Origin: Octopus sinensis | Lineage: Eukaryota | NCBI RefSeq assembly: GCF_006345805.1 | Contig: NC_043000.1 | Location: 20,026,001 to 20,090,000 of the forward strand | Direction: 5' to 3' | DNA length: 64,000 bases | Shown: piece by piece, positions 52,024 to 63,637 of the stretch | Position numbering within the stretch: position 1 is the first letter of the stretch | Layout: the number at the start of each line of letters is the position of its first letter | The notes under the pieces: model-generated | Told to the model about the DNA's origin: nothing | The model's database searches: none | What the model saw: only the letters and a program-made list of their open reading frames with translations | Position numbers and translations under genes: made by a program

Positions 52024-52618
52024 ATAGATAAGACAGAGGAAGAATGTTCTCCTGCAATGATATTTGTTGCAGTTCATTATGTTCAGGAGAGTAGGAGGAT
52101 CCAATCAATTCCATTTAGATCGGATTTTCATAAGGTAACTCCATGATCAGAAAGGATGGTTAGTTAGCACTGCATGGTGAGAGGAAGGGAAGAATGGTTA
52201 TGCAGTACTCCATACTGAGGGAAAATGAATGCTAGCAAATTCAAAAGTTGTGCAAATACTGAGAGTAGGAATGAAAAATACATTCTGGTGAGAGAAAAAG
52301 AAAGGTTTAGTATTAGGTATATATTGTTCAATATATTGAGGTGTATTCAGTCCAGATAATAAATGCTAGCAGTTCCAAAATTGTGTGAATACTGAGAGAG
52401 GGAATAAATAAAACATTCATATATATATATATATACTAAGCAATAAGGGTTTAGCAACGAGTTGCCTTACCACATACCGAATTTAGAAATAGCAGTCAAA
52501 GGGTTATAAGCTATTTCTTCTACTAAAAAGGGAGATCTCAGAAAAAAACAGCATTTGGAAGGCACAAACGGTAAGAGAGAATGAATTGACTGCAATCTAT
52601 CATACATTTTTTTAGTTA

Positions 52619-52734
52619 TCCACGGACGTTACGTTTCGAAATCAAGTTTTAAAGGAAAGCATACGAATTAATATTAAATATTAAATAATAAATAATTCTA
52701 TCTTACGAAACTTCTTTTCTCTCTTCAGCGTAGA
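52619..52734 (-). ncRNA. Type I hammerhead ribozyme, array copy 1
   Basis: TCTACG-CTGAAGA-stem II (2-nt insertion in this copy)-GAA-ACG-TAA-CGT-C-CGTGGA; GTC cleavage at 52625/52624. Confidence 0.7.
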
Positions 52735-53213
52735 ATACTATAATCATAATGATTATATATTGAATTTTGAGATACCAGAAGGCACCAACTCCACTCAGTA
52801 TCAGAGCGAGCTAACCCGCAACTGGTATCACCGAATTCAATTGTGAATGAAACGATTGTGTCAACAGCCCCTTCCCACCCGCGTGTAGCCAAAACCAAGA
52901 TGCTGTGGTCATCTACTGAGATAAAATATGGTTATCCGTAATAATGAAGGGTGAAATTAATTAATTTGGAAAAATATCATTACACCAAGTATGTCTTCGG
53001 CATGTAAAAGCCTCATTCGAGGAAATTAAGTAATACTAAGCAATAAGGGTTTACAACGAGTTGCCGCCTTACCACATACCGAATTTAGAATAGCAGTCAA
53101 GGTTATAGCTATTTCTTCTACTAAAACGGGAGATCTCAGTAAAAACAGCATTTGGAAGGCACAAACAGTAAGAGAATGAATTGACTGCAATCTATCATAC
53201 ATTTTTTTAGTTA

Positions 53214-53325
53214 TCCACGGACGTACGTTTCGAAATCAAGTTTAATAGGAAGCATACGAATAAATATTAAATATTAAATAATAAATAATTCTATCTTACC
53301 GAAACTTCTTTTCTCTTCAGCGTAG
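53214..53325 (-). ncRNA. Type I hammerhead ribozyme, array copy 2
   Basis: CTACG-CTGAAGA-GAAAAGAAGTTT..AAACTTGATTTC-GAA-ACGTACGT-C-CGTGG; cleavage at 53220/53219. Confidence 0.75.
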
Positions 53326-53800
53326 TACTATAATCATAATGATTATAATTGAATTTTGAGATACCAGAAGGCACCAACTCCACATATCAGAGCGAGCTAG
53401 AACGCCGCACTGGTATCAACCGAATTCAATTGTGAATGAAACGATTGTGTCAACAGCCCCTTCCCACCCGCGTGTAGCCAAAACAAGATGCTGTGGTCAT
53501 CTACTGAGATAAAATATGGTTATCCGTAATAATGAAGGGTGAAATTAATTAATTTGGAAAAATTATCAATTACACCAAGTAGTCTTTCGGCATGTAAAAG
53601 CCTCATTCGAGGAAAATTTAGTAATACTAAGCAATAAGGGTTTAGCAACGAGTTGCCTTACACATACCGATTTAGAAATAGCAGTCAAAGGGTATAGCTT
53701 TTCTTCTACTAAAGGGAGATCTCAGTAAAACAGCATTTGAAGGCACAAACATGTAAGAGATAATGAATTGACTGCAATCTATCATACATTTTTTTAGTTA

Positions 53801-53916
53801 TCCACGGACGTACGTTTCGAAATCAAGTTTTAAGGAAGCATACGAAATTAAATATTAAATATTAAATAATAAATAATTCTATCTCTTACCGAAACTTCTT
53901 TTCTCTTCAGCGTAGA
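53801..53916 (-). ncRNA. Type I hammerhead ribozyme, array copy 3
   Basis: 6-bp stem I TCTACG/CGTGGA, intact core, stem II paired at 10 of 12 positions, GTC; cleavage at 53807/53806. Confidence 0.78.
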
Positions 53917-54067
53917 AACATAATCATAATGATTATATTGAATTTGAGATACCAGAAGGCACCAACTCCACTCAGTATCAGAGCGAGCTAGAACCCGCAA
54001 CTGGTATCACCGAATTCAATTTGAATGAAACGATTGTGTCAACAGCCCCTTCCCACCCGCATGTACA

Positions 54068-54105
<38 letters not shown>

Positions 54106-54508
54106 GGCGCAGGAGTGGCTGTGTGATAAGTAGCTTGCTTACCAACCATATGGTTCCGGGTTCAGTCCCACTGTGTGGTACCTTGGGCACGTGTCTTCTA
54201 CTATAGCCTCGGGCTGACCAAAGCCTTGTGAGTGGATTTGGTAGACGGAAACTGAAAGAAGCTCGTCATATATATATATATATATATGTGTTTGTGTGTC
54301 TGTGCTTGTCCCCCTAGCATTGCTTGACAACCGATGCTCGTATGTTTATGTCCCCGTTACTTAGCGGTTCGGCAAAAGAGACCGATAGAATAAGTACTGG
54401 GCTTACAAAGAATAAGTCCCGGGATCGAGTTGCTCGATTAAAGGCGATGCTCCAGCATGGCCGCAGTCAAATGACTGAAACAAGTAAAAGAGTAAAGAGT
54501 AAAAGAGT
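54106..54508 (+). mobile_element. SINE S2, full length
   Basis: Complete head, (TA)n and (gtaaaaga)n tail. Confidence 0.9.
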
Positions 54509-54534
54509 ATATATATATATATATATATATATAA

Positions 54535-54867
54535 TTATATAATTAGGGCTTAGTAAAAAAAATTACTTTGCCACATACTGAACTTAGTAGAAATAGCAGC
54601 CAAATTAAGAAATTTTGAGCTGACGAAAGAAATGCTGATTTTATTTGGCTAATCTTGAAACGTTGACGTACTCAAACGATCTATGTACTTGTGATATTTT
54701 TCTGTATTTACCTCCAAACCTTCGTGAGCTGTCTGGAGTAAACATTATCTGAGAGAAATTTTCTTTAAGTAGTAGAAATGGCTAAAAAAATTTTTTTGGG
54801 CTGCTATTCTAATAAGAAGTTCAGTATGTGGCAAAGTAATTTATTGTACTAAGCCCTAATTATATAA
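54535..54867 (+). mobile_element. Hammerhead-containing element with ~67-bp terminal inverted repeats
   Basis: 54535-54601 matches the reverse complement of 54799-54867; sits next to (TA)n. Confidence 0.8.
54614..54676 (+). ncRNA. Type I hammerhead ribozyme
   Basis: Stem I TTTGAG/CTCAAA; CTGACGA 54620-26; stem II AAGA/TCTT plus GCTGA/TTGGC; GAAA 54657-60; stem III ACG-TTGA-CGT; GTA cleavage at 54670/54671. Confidence 0.82.
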
Positions 54868-54962
54868 TGTAATATTTTGAATTCGCCTTGATTCCTTAAA
54901 TGGTCCTATTACATACTGAAAACTGGTGAAATTGATTAATTAATTTTACCCTCAATTGGATT

Positions 54963-55034
<72 letters not shown>

Positions 55035-55247
55035 AGGGGGAGGGTATGTGTCTGTGTATGCCCCCTATCATCGCTTGACAAACGATGTTGGTTTATGTAC
55101 GCGTAATTTCTGCAAAGCAGACTGCGAGACTAGGTCCGAGAACTTGAAAAACATAAACATTGGGTAGATTTGTACGACTAAAGCCCTTCAAGGCGGTTCC
55201 GCAGTATGGTTGCAGTCCAATGTTGGAAACAAGCACAGTGATACGTA

Positions 55248-55548
55248 GGAATTTCTGTTAACGAACGCCTCTCATCGCGAACAATTGGATTTACGAATAT
55301 AAAACGTCTCGGGTAACGAACTGTATCTCGAGTAACGGGTACGCAAGCCGTCAACAATGGTTGGCGATAAGGTGTGAGTACCAGCTGGAGAGCGTTTGTT
55401 GCTGTCTAGCTTTTCACTCAGCGCACATCGCCACTCGAATTCGCCGTGCCTTCTCTTGAATTTCCTACAGGAAAACTAGTCTTGGTTTACGAACATTCTG
55501 GATAACGAACGGCCTCCAGGAACGAATTAAATTCGTAAACCATGGGTC
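55248..55548. mobile_element. Possible Tc1/mariner (Tigger-like) MITE, degenerate
   Basis: Repeated (t)aacgaac subterminal motifs; the ends gttaacgaac / ttcgtaaacc are loosely inverted. Confidence 0.35.
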
Positions 55549-55549
55549 T

Positions 55550-55818
55550 CTCTTTTTACTCTCTTTTACTCTTTTACTTGTTTCAGTCATTTGACTGCGG
55601 CCATGCTGGAGCACCGCCTTTAGTCGAGCAAATCGACCCCGGGACTTATTCTTTGTAAGCCCAGTACTTATTCTATAGGTCTCTTTTGCCGAACCGCTAA
55701 GTGACGGGGACGTAAACACACCAGCATCGGTTGTCAAGCAATGCTAGGGGGACAAACACAGACACACAAACACACACACACACATATATATATATATTAT
55801 ATATATATATATATATAT

Positions 55819-55863
<45 letters not shown>

Positions 55864-56022
55864 TACGACGAGCTTCTTTCAGTTTCCGTCAACCAAATCC
55901 ACTCACAAGGCTTTGGTCGGCCCGGGGCTATAGCAGAAGACACTTGCCCAAGATGCCACGCAGTGGGACTGAACCCGGAACCATGTGGTCGGTTAGCAAG
56001 CTACTTACCACACAGCCACTCC
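55550..56022 (-). mobile_element. SINE S2, near full length
   Basis: Matches the family. Confidence 0.88.
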
Positions 56023-56389
56023 CGCTGCAAAAAAAAAAAAAAATTTTGCCTCGTCTCATGCACTTGATAGGATTGTCTTCTCGCGACGAAAGATAGTGTG
56101 CAAAGTAACATCGATCGGGATTCGAAATCGGAACGTCGAGGGAAGTAACTAAATAGCTTATATCTTTTAAGATTGTCTCAACATTGGCTGGTAAAGAAAA
56201 CATAAATGGAAGTTTTCTTAATGTAGCAATGGGTAATGTTCTATTAAGTGCCATTAAATGGTTACTTCGTCTCATTATATTTCGATATATGTATGTGTAC
56301 AACAGGAAACTGTGCGTATGTAGAAACACAGATATTTGAAGAACATAAATCATAATTATATAAATATACTTATATAGGACTTGAATATT

Positions 56390-56424
56390 GTATGTGTATG
56401 TACTCTGTGTGTGTGTGTGTGTGT

Positions 56425-56460
<36 letters not shown>

Positions 56461-56602
56461 CGTAGATCCATCTATATCGTTATACATATGCATATATTTG
56501 TATTAATATATCTGTCTAAATGTAGAAATTTGTACATGCATATATATATATATATACACACACACACGCCTAGGCGTACATATGTATATATGAGGATGTA
56601 TT

Positions 56603-56642
<40 letters not shown>

Positions 56643-56749
56643 TATGCACATATGCATGTATACATATGCAAAAATATGTATGTATGGATATATATGTGTT
56701 TCTGTGTGTACATATATATATGTATATGTATATATATATATGTATTATA

Positions 56750-56799
<50 letters not shown>

Positions 56800-56932
56800 A
56801 TACATACATATATATATATATATGTATGTATATATATATTATATATATGTATGTATATATATATATGTATATGTGTGTAATGTATGTATATATATATATA
56901 TAATATATATATATATGTGTGTGTGTATTATA

Positions 56933-56988
<56 letters not shown>

Positions 56989-56990
56989 GC
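56390..56990. repeat. (TG)n/(TA)n low-complexity block
   Basis: Direct reading. Confidence 0.95.
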
Positions 56991-57968
56991 ACACATCCAC
57001 GTATATTTAAATACAGATAGTGAGAGAGCGCTGGAGCAGAGAGAGAGGTGCGCACATTCATACATGCGCTTGCGATTAGATGTAATGGCTTAAGAATCCT
57101 AGAAATAAACTTTTTTTTTTCCCCAAAAAAATATATATATATATCAATTACTCGAATGTATTTACATACACACCCTAACATACATACACACTCACACACA
57201 CACACATACAAATATACGCACACATACACGCGCCTATCACCGCATCACATCACGCAGCACTTACACACACATTCCATTTCATAGCTTCGTAATGCAGTCG
57301 CAGATTTCCATTTGTTTAAAGATGCAATTTTGTGACGCATTCTTTCCACTCGATTAAATGTGTTTCGTACGGCATGCTATTTATCAATATCACGTAGATA
57401 TATCCATTCAGCTATAATTTCGTACTCATATCTAATATCTTCTGGCAATATAATAAACCATACAGGACTATCTATTTCAAATGCAGTACGATAATATATG
57501 TTTGGTGTTGTTGCTTTTGCGTTTTTTTTAAATATTTTATTACCTGTTGTTTATTTTTATTTTTTAATACTTTTATCATTTTATTTTTATTTTACTTCAT
57601 TTTATTTTTGTTTTATTCTATTTTATTCGTTCACTTCATAGTCATAACTATCGAGTGATATCAGCCAATCATAACATGCCACGTAATATGGTCTCTGAAG
57701 TTCAACCTCTCCACTACCAACGCGTCATTCGAAGATTTATTTGCTTACGTATGCATATATCTGTTGCATACATGTGCCTGTATGCATATGTTTACATATG
57801 TATCTGTATGTGTGTTTGTGTGTGTGTGTGTATTGGTATGTGTTGGTATGTGAAAGGATTTTTTTTTTGTTTTTCTGACCCTCTTTATAACGAGAGAGTT
57901 GGTTAGTTAAAAGTGATGATCAACAAAGCGATCATGAGAATGATGATGATGATAATAATAACAATAAT

Positions 57969-58532
57969 GGTTGCAAATTTTGCCACAAGGGAGGAGGGAA
58001 TGAGTCGATTACATCGACTCCAGTGTTTAACAGGTACTTATTTTATCGACCCCGAAAGGATGAAAGGTAAAGTCGACCTCGGCGGAATTTGAACTCAGAA
58101 CGTAGCGGCAGACGAAATACCTATTTCTTTACTACCCACAAGGGGCTAAACACACACAGGACAAACAAGGACAGCCAAACGGATTAAGTCGATTATATCG
58201 ACCCCAGTACGTAATGTACTTAATTTATCGACCTCGAAAGGATGAAAGGCAAAGTCGACCTCGGCGGAATTTGAACTCAGAACGTAACGGCAGACGAAAT
58301 ACCTATTTCTTTACTACCCACAAGGGGCTAAACACACACAGGACAAACAAGGACAGCCAAACGGATTAAGTCGATTATATCGACCCCAGTACGTAATGTA
58401 CTTAATTTATCGACCCCGAAAGGATGAAATGCAAAGTCGACCTTGGCAGAATTTGAACTCAGAACGTAACGGCAGACGAAATACGGCTACGCATTTCGCC
58501 CGGCGTGGTAATGTTTCTGCCAGCTCGCCGCC
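57969..58532 (-). repeat. Head-to-tail trimer of SINE S3 (182-bp period)
   Basis: Junction gaaatacctatttc at 58114 and 58296; a complete head is present only at 58532. Confidence 0.88.
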
Positions 58533-59499
58533 TTTTCGTTGTAGTTATTATTATATAATGAAACAAGCCGAGGAGCTGGCAGCATCGTTTACAGGCCGAA
58601 CGAAATGCTTGGCGGCATTTCTTCTGCCCTTACGGTCTGAGTTCAAATTCCGTCGAGGTAGACTTTGCCTTTCATCCTTTCGGGGTCGTTAAAATATGTA
58701 CTAATTGAGCACGGAGTCGAAATTCCTGCCATGTGCCAAAGTTAGAAATTATTATAATGAAACGGAAAGGAAGTCAAGGAAAAGAAAAAGTAAAAAGTGG
58801 ACAATGAAACAGGTTCTTCCTTTATCTGCCATGTAGGCTTTGGTGTTAAAACCTTTGGAGGCGCTCCCTAATTAGTTGAATCATTTAGCCAATATCATGA
58901 CACAAACGAATATTTTCATGCATGAAAAAAGGACCGATAAAAGTGGCGTAAAAAAAAAAGCATAAATGCAGTTGCTGAGCAACACCAAAGGATAATCAGG
59001 ATGGAGGATAATGGAAAACGAGGTTGGGGAATGGCTTGGAAAAAAAGCTTTGATCTGTTGCATCTCTTAATGAGCGCAACCGGCGTACTTAGACTAAGAT
59101 TTTGATGCTGTGAGGCTATAAACCTCAAGCAAACAGTTCTCCTTTTATCCCAAGTCAGTCCTTATATAATAGATCTTCCACCAAAAGCATTCGAGCCACG
59201 ACCACTCCTTCCACTGACATATACAGGACTACATTATCTAAAATATCTTTTCTTGAGACAGCATGGTATGGTATGGTATGGTATGGTATGGTATAGTTTT
59301 GTCTGCAATCTCTAGCGGGTAGAATGACCGAGTAGTAGAAAAAAAACTATTGTTGTTGTCGTTCTTTGTTGTTTAGCTACAAGACATCTCTAGTGAAACA
59401 AACTTGTAATAAAACATGTCCCAGCCGTAACCATCCCTTTTTTCTATCTATTCAAAGTGTGTATTTCATGCGGCATTATATAATTAGTCTTCCGCTTTT

Positions 59500-59830
59500 C
59501 ATGGCGGTATGGTGTGATATGAAGGAAATTTTACTACGATTTTACTAGGTCGAAAGCCCACTTGGAGGTGAATACTAACTACAGTTATTGTAGTAGTCTC
59601 CTACGAATTAACGAAGAAGTCTTAAAAAGAACACTGTGGCGAGATACCCAAGACACGGTAACAGAAAGAAGAATGCAACTGGCTAGTTACCTCCTGCGAA
59701 AGCCTCATCATCAGGAAGAAATAAGAAAATACTAGGTTAACACTAACAATTTGGAGAAGGCAGGGAAGACCATACTCTACATGGTGTCGAACCATTAAAA
59801 TAGACCGAAAGCCTGTCAACAAACGCAAGA
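59500..59830 (+). mobile_element. Degenerate RTE-like LINE C-terminal fragment
   Basis: ERRMQLASYLLRKP and QGRPYSTWCRTIK resemble the RTE C-terminus; boundaries approximate. Confidence 0.45.
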
Positions 59831-59837
59831 CAGTATA

Positions 59838-60043
59838 TGCTGTATTTTCCGGCATACGAGTTGAATTTCTCATACTAAATTTTACAGCCAAAAAAAAGTA
59901 GATCGGCTAATATAACAAGACGATTATGAAGAACCAAAGATTCCAAGCGAAATGCAGCAGAATTTGGAAAAACAGTGAAATATTTGAATGTTTATACGTT
60001 TACACTAAACCTTACGTCGGTTTGTATTGCGGGAAATACGGTA
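59838..60043. mobile_element. Possible Tc1/pogo-type MITE
   Basis: Imperfect TIRs tgctgtattttccggcatac / gtattgcgggaaatacggta. Confidence 0.4.
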
Positions 60044-60414
60044 AGAACACTGCAGAATTGCCGCCTCATGCGTTAACATGAGCGGCATGAACTAATACCT
60101 AACATAGAAGCACATTATCCAACGCGTCCTTCCATGTCATAAGGTGATAAATGATATTTTGTCACTATTTCTGTCAGATCAAGCGTATACATTGAGAATC
60201 CCTCGTTGGCTCAATAAATTCAAGTGTGTTCAGTAAGTTGCGTGATTGACAGCTGAACAAACAGGTTTTCCCTGATCTGGCTAACGTATAATTAGAAGTG
60301 TGACACAAAATAGTTATAGTTAAAGAGGTGTTATTGTGTAGGCGCTGATAATTGAATTATTTCGGAGTTATCGCTAAAGTACATGATAACTCAGTAGTTG
60401 AGTATAATCAGCCG

Positions 60415-60632
60415 TGCGTGTGCGTGCGTGCTTGTATGCTTGTGTGTCTGTGTTTGTCCCCCACCATCGCTTGACAACCGATACTGGTGTGTTATCGTCT
60501 CCGTAGCTTAGCGGTTCGGCAAAAAAGACCGATAGAATAAGTACTAGGCTTACAAAGAATAAGTGCTGGGCTCGAATTGTTCGACTGAAGGCAGTGCTCC
60601 AGCATGGCCACAGTCGAAATGATTGAAACCGA
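60415..60632 (+). mobile_element. SINE S2, 3' half
   Basis: Matches the family tail. Confidence 0.75.
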
Positions 60633-60863
60633 AAAAAGGGAAAAGTGCAAAAAACTGAATCAACAACATTGACTTTTCCAGGCACCGATGGTCAGGAAAT
60701 CCGAACCAGCTTACAACGAGAAAACTAAAAGCCCCGAGGTCGTCAGAGTAGTTTACTTCGCAGTTGTCTTCCACAGTACCTGGCACAGAGCAGTATTACT
60801 AAGCTTGTATCGTCTATACTAATACATAAGTACATATTCTTTATTCTTTTTTTTTTTTTTTTT

Positions 60864-61471
60864 CACTTGCTTCGGTTATTTGATAGCGACCATGCTGAGG
60901 CACCGCCTCGAGGGGCTGTTAATCGAACAAATAGACCCCAGGACTTATTTTTCAGTATCTATTCTATCAGTTACGGGGACGTAAACACAGCAATACCGGT
61001 TGTCAACCGCTGATGGGGAGACAAACACAGATTCAAAGACACATACTCACACATACACACACATATATATGACGGGCTTCTTACAGCTTCCGTCTACCAA
61101 ATCCACGCACAAGGATTTGGTCAGCCCGAGGTATTTGCTGGCAGAAACGTTAGCACGTCGGGCAAAAAGCTTAGCGGTATTTTGTCTGTCTTTACGTTCT
61201 GTGTGCAAACTCCGCCGAGGTCGACTTTGCCTTTCATCCTTTCGGGGTCGATAAATTAAGTACCAGTTACGCACTGGGTCGATGTAATCGACTTAATACT
61301 TATGTCTGTCCTTGTTTGTTCCCTCTATATTTAGTCCCTTGTGGGTAATATGGAAATAAGAAGGCACTTGCCCCGGTAGAAAATAATTGCCCAAGGTGCC
61401 ACGCAGTGGGACTGAACCCGGAATCATGTGGATAGAAAGCAAGCCTCTTACTACACAGCCACGCCTGCGCC
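60864..61471 (-). mobile_element. Degenerate SINE S2 interrupted by an S3 copy
   Basis: S2 parts lie at 60864-61130 and 61362-61471. Confidence 0.7.
61137..61360 (+). mobile_element. SINE S3 nested in S2
   Basis: gctggcagaaacgttagcacg..gtcgactttgcctttcatcc..ccttgtgggtaa..gaaata. Confidence 0.8.
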
Positions 61472-62934
61472 TGTATTTCATTTAACTATCTAAATAAATT
61501 TGTTTAATTTAGAGGTGACTATCCCGATCCAGAAAATCAGTAATTTGGAAAAGTTTTGGAACCAAAAGTTTCAGAAAATCGATGCTGAACCGCTAATATG
61601 AACTACTAAATTGTAATATACCATTACAGTAACAACAGTGTAGTATTATAATAATATAATAAACTACATCAATGTAATATAAACTGTTGCATTATAATAT
61701 CAACTATAATACCATTGTACCATTTATATTTATGCAGTATCATGTAAAACATTACATCATGAAACTGTTACAGCATGAAATATCATTGAATCTGCTGCTA
61801 GCTTGCTACCGTCGTAACCTAAAGTTCTTTCAATTTTAGATGGAAAATATTTTGTCTGGTGATATATTCACTTAAATGCTATCAACAGTGCTGAGGTTAT
61901 ATTTTCATAGTATTACATTATGTCGATCGAGCAGTAAATCGATGCTTAACGGGTATTGTTTGATGTATTTTCAATGTCTAAAGCATAACGTGGTGGGATA
62001 TATTCTATTTCAACATCCTTTACTACCAATCGTCTTTGATCTCGGTGTGTTATGATTCTCTGGCTGTTTATTCCTTCGTTTTATCACCTATCCTTCACAT
62101 ATCCACTTAACGATAAATATATATTTATGCCATACACAAGTGTTTGATGTTACGCGATGAAAGTTATCTGTCACCGTGTGATCAGTTACTGACACCAAGG
62201 GAGAGAGTTACGGGTTTTGATATGCTAATACCTTTCCCTGTATAGTATGAATGGATTACTGGAAGGACATTCGGATTTTGTGGTGCTCATGGTTTTTCTA
62301 GGTGGTATGTAGGGTGTGTGTGAAGAGAATATACTATATATAAAATCAAACTGAAATTGAGAACACATATCGTTACCCATTCATACCATCATCATCTACC
62401 CTTGGCCGCCTTTATGGTGTCCACTTTGTTGCAATAATTCTGATAAAGACTTTGGTCTAAGAATAAATTTCGCCTTTCTTCAGGCCAGTCTTGATTGTCC
62501 TCAATAGTGTCATGTATGTTGCAATTCTTCCTTTGATTAAGATACTTTAAAATAATCTATGAATTACACTTATCGGCTACTTTATTTGAGACCCAGTTAT
62601 GATAAAAACAGTATAACTATTTAAAGATAATTATTTGCCGCGCCTATCGGTAGGAATAACACAATCGGGTGAGTAAATTATTAGACTACCGGCTCCTAAG
62701 CTGTGAGATCAAATCCACTGAATGCATTCTGTTGTTTTCTGGGCAGATAACGTTATTGTATTTTAAAAAGATACATTTATATTGCATTTATCCGCACATA
62801 CTGCTGCCGGAAATACATCTCAGTTTACCTCAGTTCGCCTAGCTGCACATAGATAGACATTCACTTGTACATCAGAGCTGTCCACTCGTGTTTGAAGAAG
62901 ACCATCATTGAGTTTATGTGTAATGTAGGCTACT

Positions 62935-63323
62935 GTGGAGGCGCAATGGCCCAGTGGTTAGGGCAGCGGACTCGCGGTCATAGGATCGCGGTTTCGATTC
63001 CCAGACCGGGAGTTGTGAGTGTTTATTGAGCGAAAACACCTAAAAGCTCCACGAGGCTCCGGCAGGGGATGGTGGTGATCCCTGCTGTACTCTTTCACCA
63101 CAACTTTCTCTCATTCTTTCTTCCTGTTTCTGTTGTACCTGTATTTCAAAGGGCCGGCCTTGTCACTCTCTGTGTCACGCTGGATATCCCCGAGAACTAC
63201 GTTAAGTGTACACGTGTCTGTGGAGTGCTCAGCCACTTACACGTTAATTTCACGAGCAGGCTGTTCCGTTGGTCGGATCAACCGGAACCCTCATCGTCGT
63301 AACCGACGGAGTGCTTCCATTCC
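62935..63323 (+). mobile_element. SINE S1, full length
   Basis: 12-bp TSD aatgtaggctac (62922 and 63324). Confidence 0.93.
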
Positions 63324-63637
63324 AATGTAGGCTACCTATGTGCAGGCTGGTGATTACGTGCTTCTACTCGTTTGGTTTTCTGCATGCATCCCCACTTTCC
63401 CATTGCTGTAGGACTTTAAAAATTTCGTACAAATTTTAGGTTGAATAAAGCTTTCGTAACACCTCAAAGACTCCAAATCCCGTTTGCTTTGCCCAAAAAC
63501 AAGCTTAGGAAAGATATCTGGTCAATAAAAAGCTCAGGTCTGAAACTGGAGAAACGTCATAGTCTTTAGCTGGCGCTGAAGAGATTCCCAAGATAACTGA
63601 GACCATTCCTTGTGCATTTTATCGTATGTCTAAGTAA

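Larger units (their letters stand above)
52433..54060 (-). repeat. Tandem array of a ~590-600-bp unit (2.7 copies) between (TA)n tracts
   Basis: The unit start atactaagcaataaggg recurs at 52433, 53033 and 53624. Confidence 0.95.

Noticed and set aside
62800-63420. Possible minus-strand host exon (LNDGLLQTRVDSSDVQVNVYLCAARRTE) interrupted by S1
   Set aside because: There is an in-frame TAG upstream after removing the SINE, and no recognisable domain
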